A DNA stretch of 64,000 nt. Origin: Armatimonadota bacterium. GTDB taxonomy: Bacteria; Armatimonadota; UBA5829; DSUL01. Both the position numbers and the translations under genes were made by a program. The stretch covers positions 128,001 to 192,000 of the forward strand of contig JBDHZC010000002.1 of the NCBI GenBank assembly GCA_039811685.1. Direction: 5' to 3'. The notes beneath the pieces were generated by a model, which was not told the origin of the DNA, ran no database searches, and was given only the letters and a program-made list of their open reading frames with translations. Below are positions 1 through 7,898 of this stretch, one piece after another (position 1 is the stretch's first letter; each line of letters begins with the position of its first letter).

Positions 1-382
1 GATAGGTGGGAGAAGGGTGTTTGTAGGCGTCGGTGAGCCGGTTGGTCAGGGCTGTACGGCTGCTGAGGAGGCGCGCTTCCGCTCGCTTGAGCTGCTCGGA
101 AATGCGTCTGAGATCGGCCCTTGCCCTGATGAGTGAGCTGCGGGTCTGCCCAAGGTCCTGACGAGTGCTGTTGAGTGTTCGCTGTGTAGAGTAGAGTTGT
201 GAAGTGACGACGTGCTGTTTGTGTTTTGTGACGGCCAGCTTCTGCTTGACCTCCTTAATTCGCCCGCGCACAGCGTTGCGCCTGTTCTGAAACTCTGTAA
301 CCTTCTTGTTGGCGCTGATTAAGGCTGGCGCCGACGAGACTATCAGAAACAGCGCAAGCGCGAGCGAAAGAAAGCGCCTCAT
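1..382 (-). CDS. EnvC-like murein hydrolase activator / M23-type coiled-coil protein, N-terminal part (runs off window)
   Basis: Not in the ORF track. Translated by hand from ATG 382, which overlaps the ftsX TGA (ATGA): MRRFLSLALALFLIVSSAPALISANKKVTEFQNRRNAVRGRIKEVKQKL..., a signal peptide followed by coiled coil. The position directly after ftsEX is typical. Confidence 0.75.
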   Translation of the reverse strand, partial: MRRFLSLALALFLIVSSAPALISANKKVTEFQNRRNAVRGRIKEVKQKLAVTKHKQHVVTSQLYSTQRTLNSTRQDLGQTRSSLIRARADLRRISEQLKRAEARLLSSRTALTNRLTDAYKHPSPTY

Positions 383-1287
383 CGTTGCCCCTTCTCCAGT
401 GAGCCTTCTCTGAGATAACGCCGGATGGACATAGAGCTGGAGAATGCGCCAAGTGACAGGCCGACACCAATCAGGACAGCGCTCAACTGCCAGTAGCTGA
501 TCCCACTGTCAAAGAAGCGCGTGACAGATTGAAAGCCGCGCGTGACCTGCGACAGATAGTTAGCGGCGAAGCGCATCAGGAGCAACGCCAGCAGCGCCCC
601 GGTACCTGAGATGAGCATTCCCTCCAGCAGAAACGGCAGTCTGATGAAAGAGGCCCTCGCGCCGACGATACGCATGATGGCCACCTCGCGCCTGCGCGCA
701 TAAATGCCCAGGCGGATCGTATTGCCGATGATAAACACACTTCCCGCGAAAAGTACAATCATCGTCATCAGTCCTGCAGCCGAGACGACGCGGGAAAGGC
801 CTGTGAAGAACACAACCTCCTTCTGGCGCCAGTCCACAGAGTCAACGTAGGGCAGTTTGCTGATAGCCTTCTGCACAGAATCACTTTGCTCCGGGTGCGA
901 AAGGCTCACTCTGTAGGTGTCCAGAGCGGGATTGTACAGTACGTCCTGCGTTGAGATCTCTGTGCCGAGCTGTTTGCGAAACTCTTTCCAGCCTTCCTCC
1001 CGCGAGATGAACTCGACGTTGTCCACGTACGGAAGCATTCGCAGCCTGCGTCCAACGTCGCGAACCTGACCCTCACTGGCCTCACGCTTCACGTAAACGG
1101 CCATATCAAACTGCTGAGGCAAGCGTTCACAGGCGCGGTGTGTAGCCAGCGCGCACACTCCGAAGGCTGCGGAGATGGCGAGGCTGACAGCCGCTGTCAG
1201 AATGGCCGCCAGTGCCATAACCCGGTTGCGCTTCAGTCCACTGAACGCCTCCGCAAGAAGAAACTCCAGGCTAGACAGGTTGAGCAT
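379..1287 (-). CDS. ftsX: Cell division permease FtsX
   Basis: Motif IGNTIRLGIYARRREVAIMRIVGARASFIRLPFLLEG, four TM segments, follows ftsE. Likely start ATG 1287 rather than 1317. Confidence 0.95.
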   Translation of the reverse strand: MLNLSSLEFLLAEAFSGLKRNRVMALAAILTAAVSLAISAAFGVCALATHRACERLPQQFDMAVYVKREASEGQVRDVGRRLRMLPYVDNVEFISREEGWKEFRKQLGTEISTQDVLYNPALDTYRVSLSHPEQSDSVQKAISKLPYVDSVDWRQKEVVFFTGLSRVVSAAGLMTMIVLFAGSVFIIGNTIRLGIYARRREVAIMRIVGARASFIRLPFLLEGMLISGTGALLALLLMRFAANYLSQVTRGFQSVTRFFDSGISYWQLSAVLIGVGLSLGAFSSSMSIRRYLREGSLEKGQR

Positions 1288-1960
1288 GGTAGCTTGCTTT
1301 CTGTTCGTCCCTGACAATTACAGCGTTGTTCAGAGCGACTACGCGCTTGCGCATCCGATTCACCATTTCACTGTCGTGCGTTGCGACGAGAACCGTAGCG
1401 CCGCGAAGGTTGATGCGCTCCAGAAGCTGCATAATCTCCCAGGAAGTATCTGGATCCAGATTCCCAGTCGGCTCATCCGCCAGTAAAATTGGGGGGTCCA
1501 GTGCCAGCGCCCGCGCGATGGCTGTGCGCTGCTGCTCTCCCCCAGACAACTGGGCGGGCAACGCATCCGGCCTGGTCGATAGCCCGACAAGCTCCAGAAA
1601 CTCAGGAATTCTGCGGCGAATCTGACGTCCGGATACGCCGGTCACACGCAGGGCGAACGCAATGTTCTCCCAGACAGTCCGGTCTGGAAGGAGCCGGAAG
1701 TCCTGGAAGATAACTCCAATATGCCTGCGCAACTGCCACACGCTGTGGTCCGGTATAGCGGCAACATTTTCGCCGTTCACCATGACCTCGCCCTCAGTTG
1801 GTTTTTCTTCGCGATAGATGAGCTTCAGCAGGCTGGATTTGCCGGTGCCTGTTGGCCCGACGACAAAGACAAACTCGCCCTTACCAACCCTGAGATTGAT
1901 GTGTCTCAGCGCCGGGATGCCGTTAGGATAGATGAGGGTGACATTGCGGAAGTCAATCAT
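1271..1960 (-). CDS. ftsE: Cell division ATP-binding protein FtsE
   Basis: Walker A GPTGTGKS, IGVIFQDFRLL, LSGGEQQR, LLADEPTGNLD. Confidence 0.96.
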   Translation of the reverse strand: MIDFRNVTLIYPNGIPALRHINLRVGKGEFVFVVGPTGTGKSSLLKLIYREEKPTEGEVMVNGENVAAIPDHSVWQLRRHIGVIFQDFRLLPDRTVWENIAFALRVTGVSGRQIRRRIPEFLELVGLSTRPDALPAQLSGGEQQRTAIARALALDPPILLADEPTGNLDPDTSWEIMQLLERINLRGATVLVATHDSEMVNRMRKRVVALNNAVIVRDEQKASYHAQPV

Positions 1961-2065
1961 GACAAAACGCTGTAATACCGGGTGTCAGTATGCCAGATTG
2001 GACGCAGCGCGTCAAATCAAAGTCGCTGATCTCGCGCACATTTTGGGCGACTTAAGAGCAGCGCC

Positions 2066-3577
2066 GTGACAAAAGCGCCGCGATATTTGCTGATAGCCGC
2101 AGCCGGCGGCCTGTTATTCGGACTGGATACCACTGTCACTACCTGGGGAGCTTTGAGCTGTGGCGGGCTGGCTCTGCTGGGGCTCTCACTGCGGTTGAGA
2201 TGCTATCCGTGCCTATGCGCTCTTCTCTGGAGCGTCGTCGCCTACAGCCTCGCGCTGGGCTGGATGCTGCCTCTCGGAGCAGTCCCCTGGATTCTACTGG
2301 TTGTCTGGCACATTTTGTTTCTGATCCCGCTTATCGGCGCTGCGCACTTTGTCCAGATGGAACGCCAACCCTTCGCCTCGGCGCTTGCGCTCGGAGGACT
2401 CATTGCCACAGCGGACTGGCTACGGGAGCTTGGGCCGTTTGGTGTCACGATGGCTGCCAGTTCCGGCCCCTTAAGCGCCAGCTTCGCGGCCCTGCAGTGG
2501 GTCCGGCTGATCGGAGCGACTGGCTTGGGCTTCGCCGGCTGCACGTGGGCGATATGGCTTGGGCTGGCAGTTGCAGAGAGGTCATCAAAGCGTCTGATGA
2601 TCGGGCCGTCAGTGGCAGCAGCTTTTCTGGTGGCAGGGCTCTGGCTCGGACGTACGGCGACTGAGCAAAGCGGTACCCTGCGAGTCGCAGTGCTGCAGGG
2701 CGTCACAAGCGACGGGTTTCGCACCCTTCTGGAGGGCGACGCCGCGATGTCCACCTACCAGAGACTGTCCACCGAAGCAGCGAGAGACAAAGGCGCAAAG
2801 TTGATCCTCTGGCCGGAGACCAGTTGCCCGGAAGACATGACCTACAAGAGCCGGAACTACCGCATCCTGAGCGAGACATTCAACGACTTGAACGCATGGG
2901 GTCTGGTTGGAGGCTTTGTCACACAGCCGGGACTGTCCGGAGAGCCTGAAACCCGCAACGCGGCCTTCGCATTTGACCCGGAGGGCGAGTTGGCAGGGGT
3001 GTATGAAAAGATGGTGTTGACTCCTTTTGGAGAATATGTGCCGTTTCGCCATGAGCTCCCTTCTCTGAAGCGATGGAGAGTGCTGGACCGCGATTACGCT
3101 CCTGGCCGCTACTGGCCACCAGTAGAGATCGCAAATGCGCGCGTGGGAGTGTTGATCTGCTCGGAGACGATGTACTCACGCCTGGCTGCTGAGCGCGTGA
3201 GACAGGGCGCAACTATTCTGGCCGTACTGTCTAATGATAGCTGGTTTGGCAAAGGCTCGGGCGTCCTGCAACTCGAGCGCCTCTCGGTGCTGCGCGCCGT
3301 GGAAACGGGCCGTTCCGTAGCCCGCGCTTCGGAAACCGGCAAGACGATGCTGATCACCGCGAATGGCCGCATTATGGACAGCCTCCCTCTTTACAGGCGT
3401 GGACTGGCCGTTGGAGACCTGCCAATCTCGAGCGCGATAACGCCTTTTGTGCGCATTGAAGCCTGGATCGGTCCCTCCATACTCGTGATTACTCTTACCG
3501 CGCTGATTGTATCTGTCTTACCACTGCGCAAAGCTCGTGTGAGGGATGCGCAACTCAGACTTCCGCTGGACTCCTGA
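2066..3577 (+). CDS. lnt: Apolipoprotein N-acyltransferase
   Basis: Multi-TM N-terminus plus nitrilase-fold motifs WPET, K..LTPFGEYVP, LICSE, SNDSWFG, LRAVETGR. Confidence 0.93.
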   Translation: MTKAPRYLLIAAAGGLLFGLDTTVTTWGALSCGGLALLGLSLRLRCYPCLCALLWSVVAYSLALGWMLPLGAVPWILLVVWHILFLIPLIGAAHFVQMERQPFASALALGGLIATADWLRELGPFGVTMAASSGPLSASFAALQWVRLIGATGLGFAGCTWAIWLGLAVAERSSKRLMIGPSVAAAFLVAGLWLGRTATEQSGTLRVAVLQGVTSDGFRTLLEGDAAMSTYQRLSTEAARDKGAKLILWPETSCPEDMTYKSRNYRILSETFNDLNAWGLVGGFVTQPGLSGEPETRNAAFAFDPEGELAGVYEKMVLTPFGEYVPFRHELPSLKRWRVLDRDYAPGRYWPPVEIANARVGVLICSETMYSRLAAERVRQGATILAVLSNDSWFGKGSGVLQLERLSVLRAVETGRSVARASETGKTMLITANGRIMDSLPLYRRGLAVGDLPISSAITPFVRIEAWIGPSILVITLTALIVSVLPLRKARVRDAQLRLPLDS

Positions 3578-3672
3578 GTCTCACGAACAACGGCGAGCCT
3601 ACCGTGAGCCTCACTGCGAGTGCAGAACACCGGGCTTGTTTGCGGGGGTGAGATCACGGCGGGAAGCGCAGG

Positions 3673-6069
3673 CTAGGGCGTGATCGTGCACTCGACGGAA
3701 AATTGGTCACCGTCGGTGTGCGGAATCAGATTTCCGCCAACGGGCCTGCCATTCAGCTTCAGAGAGGTAGATCCGCCAGAGATGCGATTCGGGTTGTGAA
3801 TAGCGATGTCGTAGAGTGCGCCGCGGAAGCGCCGCTTCACCCGCGCTGACTCCCACGACGAAGGCAACGCGGGATCGACCACAAGGCCGTCATAGTCCGG
3901 CCGGACGCCCAGAATCCAGTCCAGAGCGCCCCGGTACATCCACACGGCTGAGCCGGTCAACCACGAGTGGCTTCCCTGTCCAAACTCCGGATGCTCATCG
4001 CTGGTCACATATTCACACCAGACGTACGGCTCCATTTTGTACACATCCGGGTCATGAGCCTGATTGATGGGGTTTGTGCGCCTGTGATACTCAAAGGCGC
4101 GGTCGCCGTTGCCAAGCATGGCTTCGGCGATGATAGCCCAGCTTACAGGGTGATTGAAGATTGCGCCGTTCTCTTTCTTGCCAGGAACACATCTGGTCGC
4201 CAGCCCGATACCGGGGTCTACGTGACGGTAGGCGGGACTGAGTATCTTCGGTCCACGAACGGTCTCGCACAGCCGGTAAGCACTGTCCATCGCCAGCCTT
4301 CCGCGCTCTGGTTTAGCGATGCCGCTCATAACAGCCCAGCTCTGAGCGTTGAGAAAGATTTGGCCTTCCTGGTTTTGCGAAGAACCGATGACGCCGCCGT
4401 CATCCCGAAACCCGCGGACATACCACTCTCCGTCCCAGGCTAATGCGTTGACTGCATCGGCTATCTTCTGATACCACTCGTCGTACTCTGACGCTTTCCG
4501 AGAATGTCCGGTGCGCTTCAGAAGCTCGGAGGTCTCGCGGAGGCCGTAGCACAGAAACTCAGCAACCCAGACGCTCTCACCCCGCCCCTGACGACCCACG
4601 TAGTCCAGCGTGTCATTCCAGTCACCGGGCCCAAACAGTGGCAGCTTGCGCGGGGACAGCTTCTGATACAACGTGTAGTCTATTGAGCGGATCAGGTGTT
4701 CCAGCGCCGTATCCTCGCCGCCATCCTGCCAGGGAAATCTGCGCTCGAGATAGCTGAGGTCACCGGTCTCCTTGACATAGCTGGAAATAGCCAGGGGAAT
4801 CCACAGAGGCGTGTCCGAGTGCCCGGTCTTCTCTCCCTCCCCAGTCAAAGGAAACCAGTTGTGCAGCGTGCTGCCATCCGCAAACTGATGAGACAGCACT
4901 GTGCTGATTTTGGCATCCGCCATAGACGCATCCGCTATCAGCGGCCCCAGCAAGTCCTGCGCGGAATCGCGCACTCCCGTCCCGAAAAGAAGTCCCCCAT
5001 GGTAGTAGCCGGCGCTGCGGGCCGCGGTGTAAGTTGTCCACGTCTGTTTCTTCGCCCAGTAGTTGAGCATGATGCTGGTGGACTCGTCCGGCGTTTCAAC
5101 GGTGACAGCGCTCAGATAGCCGTCCCACCAGCTTTCTAACCGGGCAGCCGCTTCGTCCACGGCCGCCATCTCCCGGTACTTGCCGACAACCGAAGCTGCA
5201 GCGCTTCGATCATGGACATCACTCACGCCAAGCAGGACAACAAACTCCAGAGAGGCTTCAGGCGCGAGATGAATATGACTGCGAAGCGCTCCGCACGCAT
5301 CTCCCGCCGTAATCAGGGAGTTTGACAACTCTGGCTGGTGTGCGCCGTGGGGATCAGTCTCTGATCTCCACCGTCCGACAAAGGTCTCTTTGTGCGACTC
5401 AAAGCTGCTGACAGGCAGCGAGCTGGCAAAAAAGACCTCTTTGTCCCACCCCTTGTTCGGCTGGGCGACGGTCGCCTTGCTGTACTGCACCCAGTAGTTT
5501 TTTGTCGCAAACAGAATCTGCGCTTCTTCGTCCCAGTCCGTGCGGTTGAAGTGCTGGTCGTTAGGCTGGTTGATCAAGTCAACCAGCGCATGGCCGAGGA
5601 CAAATTCAACGTAAGCGCTCAAGCTCAGAGTCCGCTCCGCGCTGGAAGTGTTCTCGAGCTGGATACGCCAGATCTCGACGTCATCCTCCCGCGGCACAAA
5701 TAGGCGCATGCGCGCGCGCACTCCGTCATAAGCGGATTCGAACTCCGTGTACCCTGGCGCGTGACGGCAGGAGTAGGACTCCAGAGTGACGCCGACAGGC
5801 TGCCAAGTGGGTGACCAGAGTTCTCCCTTTTCGTTGCGGATGTACAGATAGCGTCCGGGGCGATCCCATGGAAGAGAGTTGTAGCGGTGGCGCGTCAGAC
5901 GCGAATCTCGCGGGCAAACCCAGTACGTGTAGCCGCCACCGGCATTGGAGACCAGGCCCATAAGACGCCCGTTGCCAATGTAGTTGATCCACGGCGCAGG
6001 TGTGTCCGGGCGGGTGATACAAAAAATACGGCCGTTATCTTCAAAATGGCCGTAGTCTTCCAGCTTCAT
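3673..6069 (-). CDS. GH94 glycoside phosphorylase (cellobiose/chitobiose phosphorylase family)
   Basis: TPAPWINYIGN, RDSAQD, GDWNDTL (catalytic Asp), ENGAIFNH, EPYV, SWLTGSA. Substrate cannot be resolved. Confidence 0.92.
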   Translation of the reverse strand: MKLEDYGHFEDNGRIFCITRPDTPAPWINYIGNGRLMGLVSNAGGGYTYWVCPRDSRLTRHRYNSLPWDRPGRYLYIRNEKGELWSPTWQPVGVTLESYSCRHAPGYTEFESAYDGVRARMRLFVPREDDVEIWRIQLENTSSAERTLSLSAYVEFVLGHALVDLINQPNDQHFNRTDWDEEAQILFATKNYWVQYSKATVAQPNKGWDKEVFFASSLPVSSFESHKETFVGRWRSETDPHGAHQPELSNSLITAGDACGALRSHIHLAPEASLEFVVLLGVSDVHDRSAAASVVGKYREMAAVDEAAARLESWWDGYLSAVTVETPDESTSIMLNYWAKKQTWTTYTAARSAGYYHGGLLFGTGVRDSAQDLLGPLIADASMADAKISTVLSHQFADGSTLHNWFPLTGEGEKTGHSDTPLWIPLAISSYVKETGDLSYLERRFPWQDGGEDTALEHLIRSIDYTLYQKLSPRKLPLFGPGDWNDTLDYVGRQGRGESVWVAEFLCYGLRETSELLKRTGHSRKASEYDEWYQKIADAVNALAWDGEWYVRGFRDDGGVIGSSQNQEGQIFLNAQSWAVMSGIAKPERGRLAMDSAYRLCETVRGPKILSPAYRHVDPGIGLATRCVPGKKENGAIFNHPVSWAIIAEAMLGNGDRAFEYHRRTNPINQAHDPDVYKMEPYVWCEYVTSDEHPEFGQGSHSWLTGSAVWMYRGALDWILGVRPDYDGLVVDPALPSSWESARVKRRFRGALYDIAIHNPNRISGGSTSLKLNGRPVGGNLIPHTDGDQFSVECTITP

Positions 6070-6198
6070 ACCGATCCTTTCACCATTCAGATGAACTTAC
6101 AAAAACGCATGCCGGAGTGGAAAAACGCCGCAAGTACAGACGCAGATCAGAGGCTGGATTGAGAAAACGACCTGTTGTGTGCGCCTGTCTGAGCGCTC

Positions 6199-7200
6199 TC
6201 AAGAAGCGTCCATGAGCATGTGAATCAGAAGCCTTTCCAGTTGAAGGTCTGCAGCCGCATAAGACAGGATGAGGTGACGGGAAAGGTTGATTTCACGAGT
6301 GATCGAGGCTGTCTGCCGCGGACTCCAGCGCTGAGTTCCACCCGCCAAGCCCTCTTGTAGAACCGCCATCACTGCGTCCAGCACCCACGCAACCGCCTGT
6401 CTGTCACTTACGCCGTCTTCCGACGGAATGATCTTTTTCGCGCGGTCGGAGAGTTCCTTGAGATCTTCCGCCAACTTCAGCGCCGCAGCCGGCGCCGCAG
6501 CTTCCACTCTTGCGACCCACTGCGCCACATCTGCCAGCAGTTCAAGAGACTGGGGGTTTTCAAGTAGAGACAAAGCGCGCCCCGGGGACCCTCCAGCATA
6601 AGCCGCCACCGCGCTGGCTTGCTCTTGTTTCTCTCCCCGCTCCATCAAAAACTGCGTCAAAGAGGACTTGTCAACGGATCGCAGAGGTATCTCTATAGCG
6701 CGGGATTCTATTGTAGGCAACACACTCTGCGCACTGGGAGCCAGAATCATAAGGGTCAGGCGATCTGGGGTATCTTCCAGAACTTTGAGGATGGCATTGG
6801 CCGCCTGATCGTTGAGCGTCTCCCCCCGCTCGATGATGATGACGCGCCTGGGTGAGATATTCGGAGCCAGTGTGGCGACGTAGCGCAACTCCCGAATCTG
6901 ACCGATCGTGGTCTCTTCCTTTGGCGGCGCGATGCGTAAAATGTCCGAATGAGTACCCGCACGAGCGAGCACGCAGGATCTGCAAACGCCACATGCGCCC
7001 TGTTCATTCAGATCCAGACACGTCAGCTCCGCAGCGAGCTTCAGGGCAAAGGCTGTGTTTCCAGCTCCGTCCGGTCCGGTGACGAGCAGAGAGTGTGGCA
7101 ACCGATTTTCAAGCGCCATGCGCCGAACAGCCTGAAGCGGGCCCGCATGTCCCGGCAGACTGTCCACAACCGCGCTACCAGCGCTCAAAGCGCTCGACAT
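6199..7200 (-). CDS. holB: DNA polymerase III subunit delta'
   Basis: LPHSLLVTGPDGAG, Zn module C..ACGVCRSC, AANAILKVLEDTP, LPTIESRA. Confidence 0.92.
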   Translation of the reverse strand: MSSALSAGSAVVDSLPGHAGPLQAVRRMALENRLPHSLLVTGPDGAGNTAFALKLAAELTCLDLNEQGACGVCRSCVLARAGTHSDILRIAPPKEETTIGQIRELRYVATLAPNISPRRVIIIERGETLNDQAANAILKVLEDTPDRLTLMILAPSAQSVLPTIESRAIEIPLRSVDKSSLTQFLMERGEKQEQASAVAAYAGGSPGRALSLLENPQSLELLADVAQWVARVEAAAPAAALKLAEDLKELSDRAKKIIPSEDGVSDRQAVAWVLDAVMAVLQEGLAGGTQRWSPRQTASITREINLSRHLILSYAAADLQLERLLIHMLMDAS

Positions 7201-7504
7201 CCATCACGAAAACAACAGCCCCGCCTACTGTCACCTTTACCGGCGCCTGCATCAACCCTGCGGAGGGCATAACGTCCGGCGGAGGCAGGCTTACGTACTG
7301 ATCCCGAGCCTCTGAGCTCTCACGCAGAACACCCAGAACCTGCTCAAGCTGTTCGCTCTCCACTCCGAGAAGCATGGTGACGTTTCCGTCGCGAAGAAAC
7401 CCGCCCGTGCTTGCGATCTTCGTGAAGAAGAAGCCCTCCACGGACAACGCCTCCTCGACTCGCCGACGATCCCGTTCCTGAATAATAGCGATGAGTAGCT
7501 TCAT
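7175..7504 (-). CDS. darA: Cyclic-di-AMP receptor, PII-like (DarA/PstA/YaaQ family)
   Basis: MKLLIAIIQ..., TKIASTGGFLRDGNVT, VGGAVVFV..VERF. Start ATG 7504, adjacent to holB as in Firmicutes. Confidence 0.9.
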   Translation of the reverse strand: MKLLIAIIQERDRRRVEEALSVEGFFFTKIASTGGFLRDGNVTMLLGVESEQLEQVLGVLRESSEARDQYVSLPPPDVMPSAGLMQAPVKVTVGGAVVFVMDVERFERW

Positions 7505-7561
7505 AGCTTTGGCGCCATTATACAGCAGATTCAAAAATGGAAAAGACCTCTGCCTTGAACA

Positions 7562-7632
7562 ACAAAAGAAAAAGCCCTGCGGTCAGTTTTCTAACCGCAG
7601 GGCCCAGAGAAAGGAGGGTGGGAAGCTATCAC
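7562..7632 (-). ncRNA. Putative sRNA, sibling 1 (anti-SD core plus intrinsic terminator)
   Basis: Minus strand reads GATAGCTTCCCACCCTCCTTTCTCTGG, then hairpin GCCCTGCGGT-N10-ACCGCAGGGC, then TTTTTCTTTT. It lies downstream of an ECF-type promoter and shares 21/22 nt of core with sibling 2. Ends approximate. Confidence 0.7.
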
Positions 7633-7637
7633 TTATA

Positions 7638-7665
7638 TTGACGCATCTGCAGAGCTGTAAGTTCC
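7638..7665 (-). promoter_or_regulatory. ECF sigma-type promoter GGAAC-N17-CGTCAA for sRNA 1
   Basis: Minus strand GGAAC(7665-7661) ttacagctctgcagatg CGTCAA(7643-7638). Confidence 0.7.
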
Positions 7666-7775
7666 TGAATTGAGCTGAATGTGAAAATTGTTCACTTACG
7701 CATCAATTCTGGCGAACGGCCACACCCAGAAGCGGTAAAGAGGGGATAATTCCTGCGAAAAGGAGTCAGCGAGGC

Positions 7776-7842
7776 AAAAAAATAGCCCCGGAGCGATCTG
7801 AATCGCTCCGGGGGAGAGAAAGGAGGGTGAGAAGCTTTCTCC
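7776..7842 (-). ncRNA. Putative sRNA, sibling 2 (anti-SD core plus intrinsic terminator)
   Basis: Minus strand reads GAAAGCTTCTCACCCTCCTTTCTCT, then hairpin CCCCGGAGCGAT-TCAG-ATCGCTCCGGGG, then CTATTTTTTT. Ends approximate. Confidence 0.7.
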
Positions 7843-7847
7843 CTATT

Positions 7848-7875
7848 CAGACGCTACAAACCACAACAGAGTTCC
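7848..7875 (-). promoter_or_regulatory. ECF sigma-type promoter GGAAC-N17-CGTCTG for sRNA 2
   Basis: Minus strand GGAAC(7875-7871) tctgttgtggtttgtag CGTCTG(7853-7848). Same spacing as the first copy, different spacer sequence. Confidence 0.7.
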
Positions 7876-7898
7876 AGAAATATGAAAAAAGTTTTTTG

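Noticed and set aside
7680..7696. TGTGAAAATTGTTCAC as a CRP or Rex site
   Set aside because: Half-site spacing is one base off both consensus motifs and it is not repeated at the second unit. It may still be an operator, but I cannot assign it.
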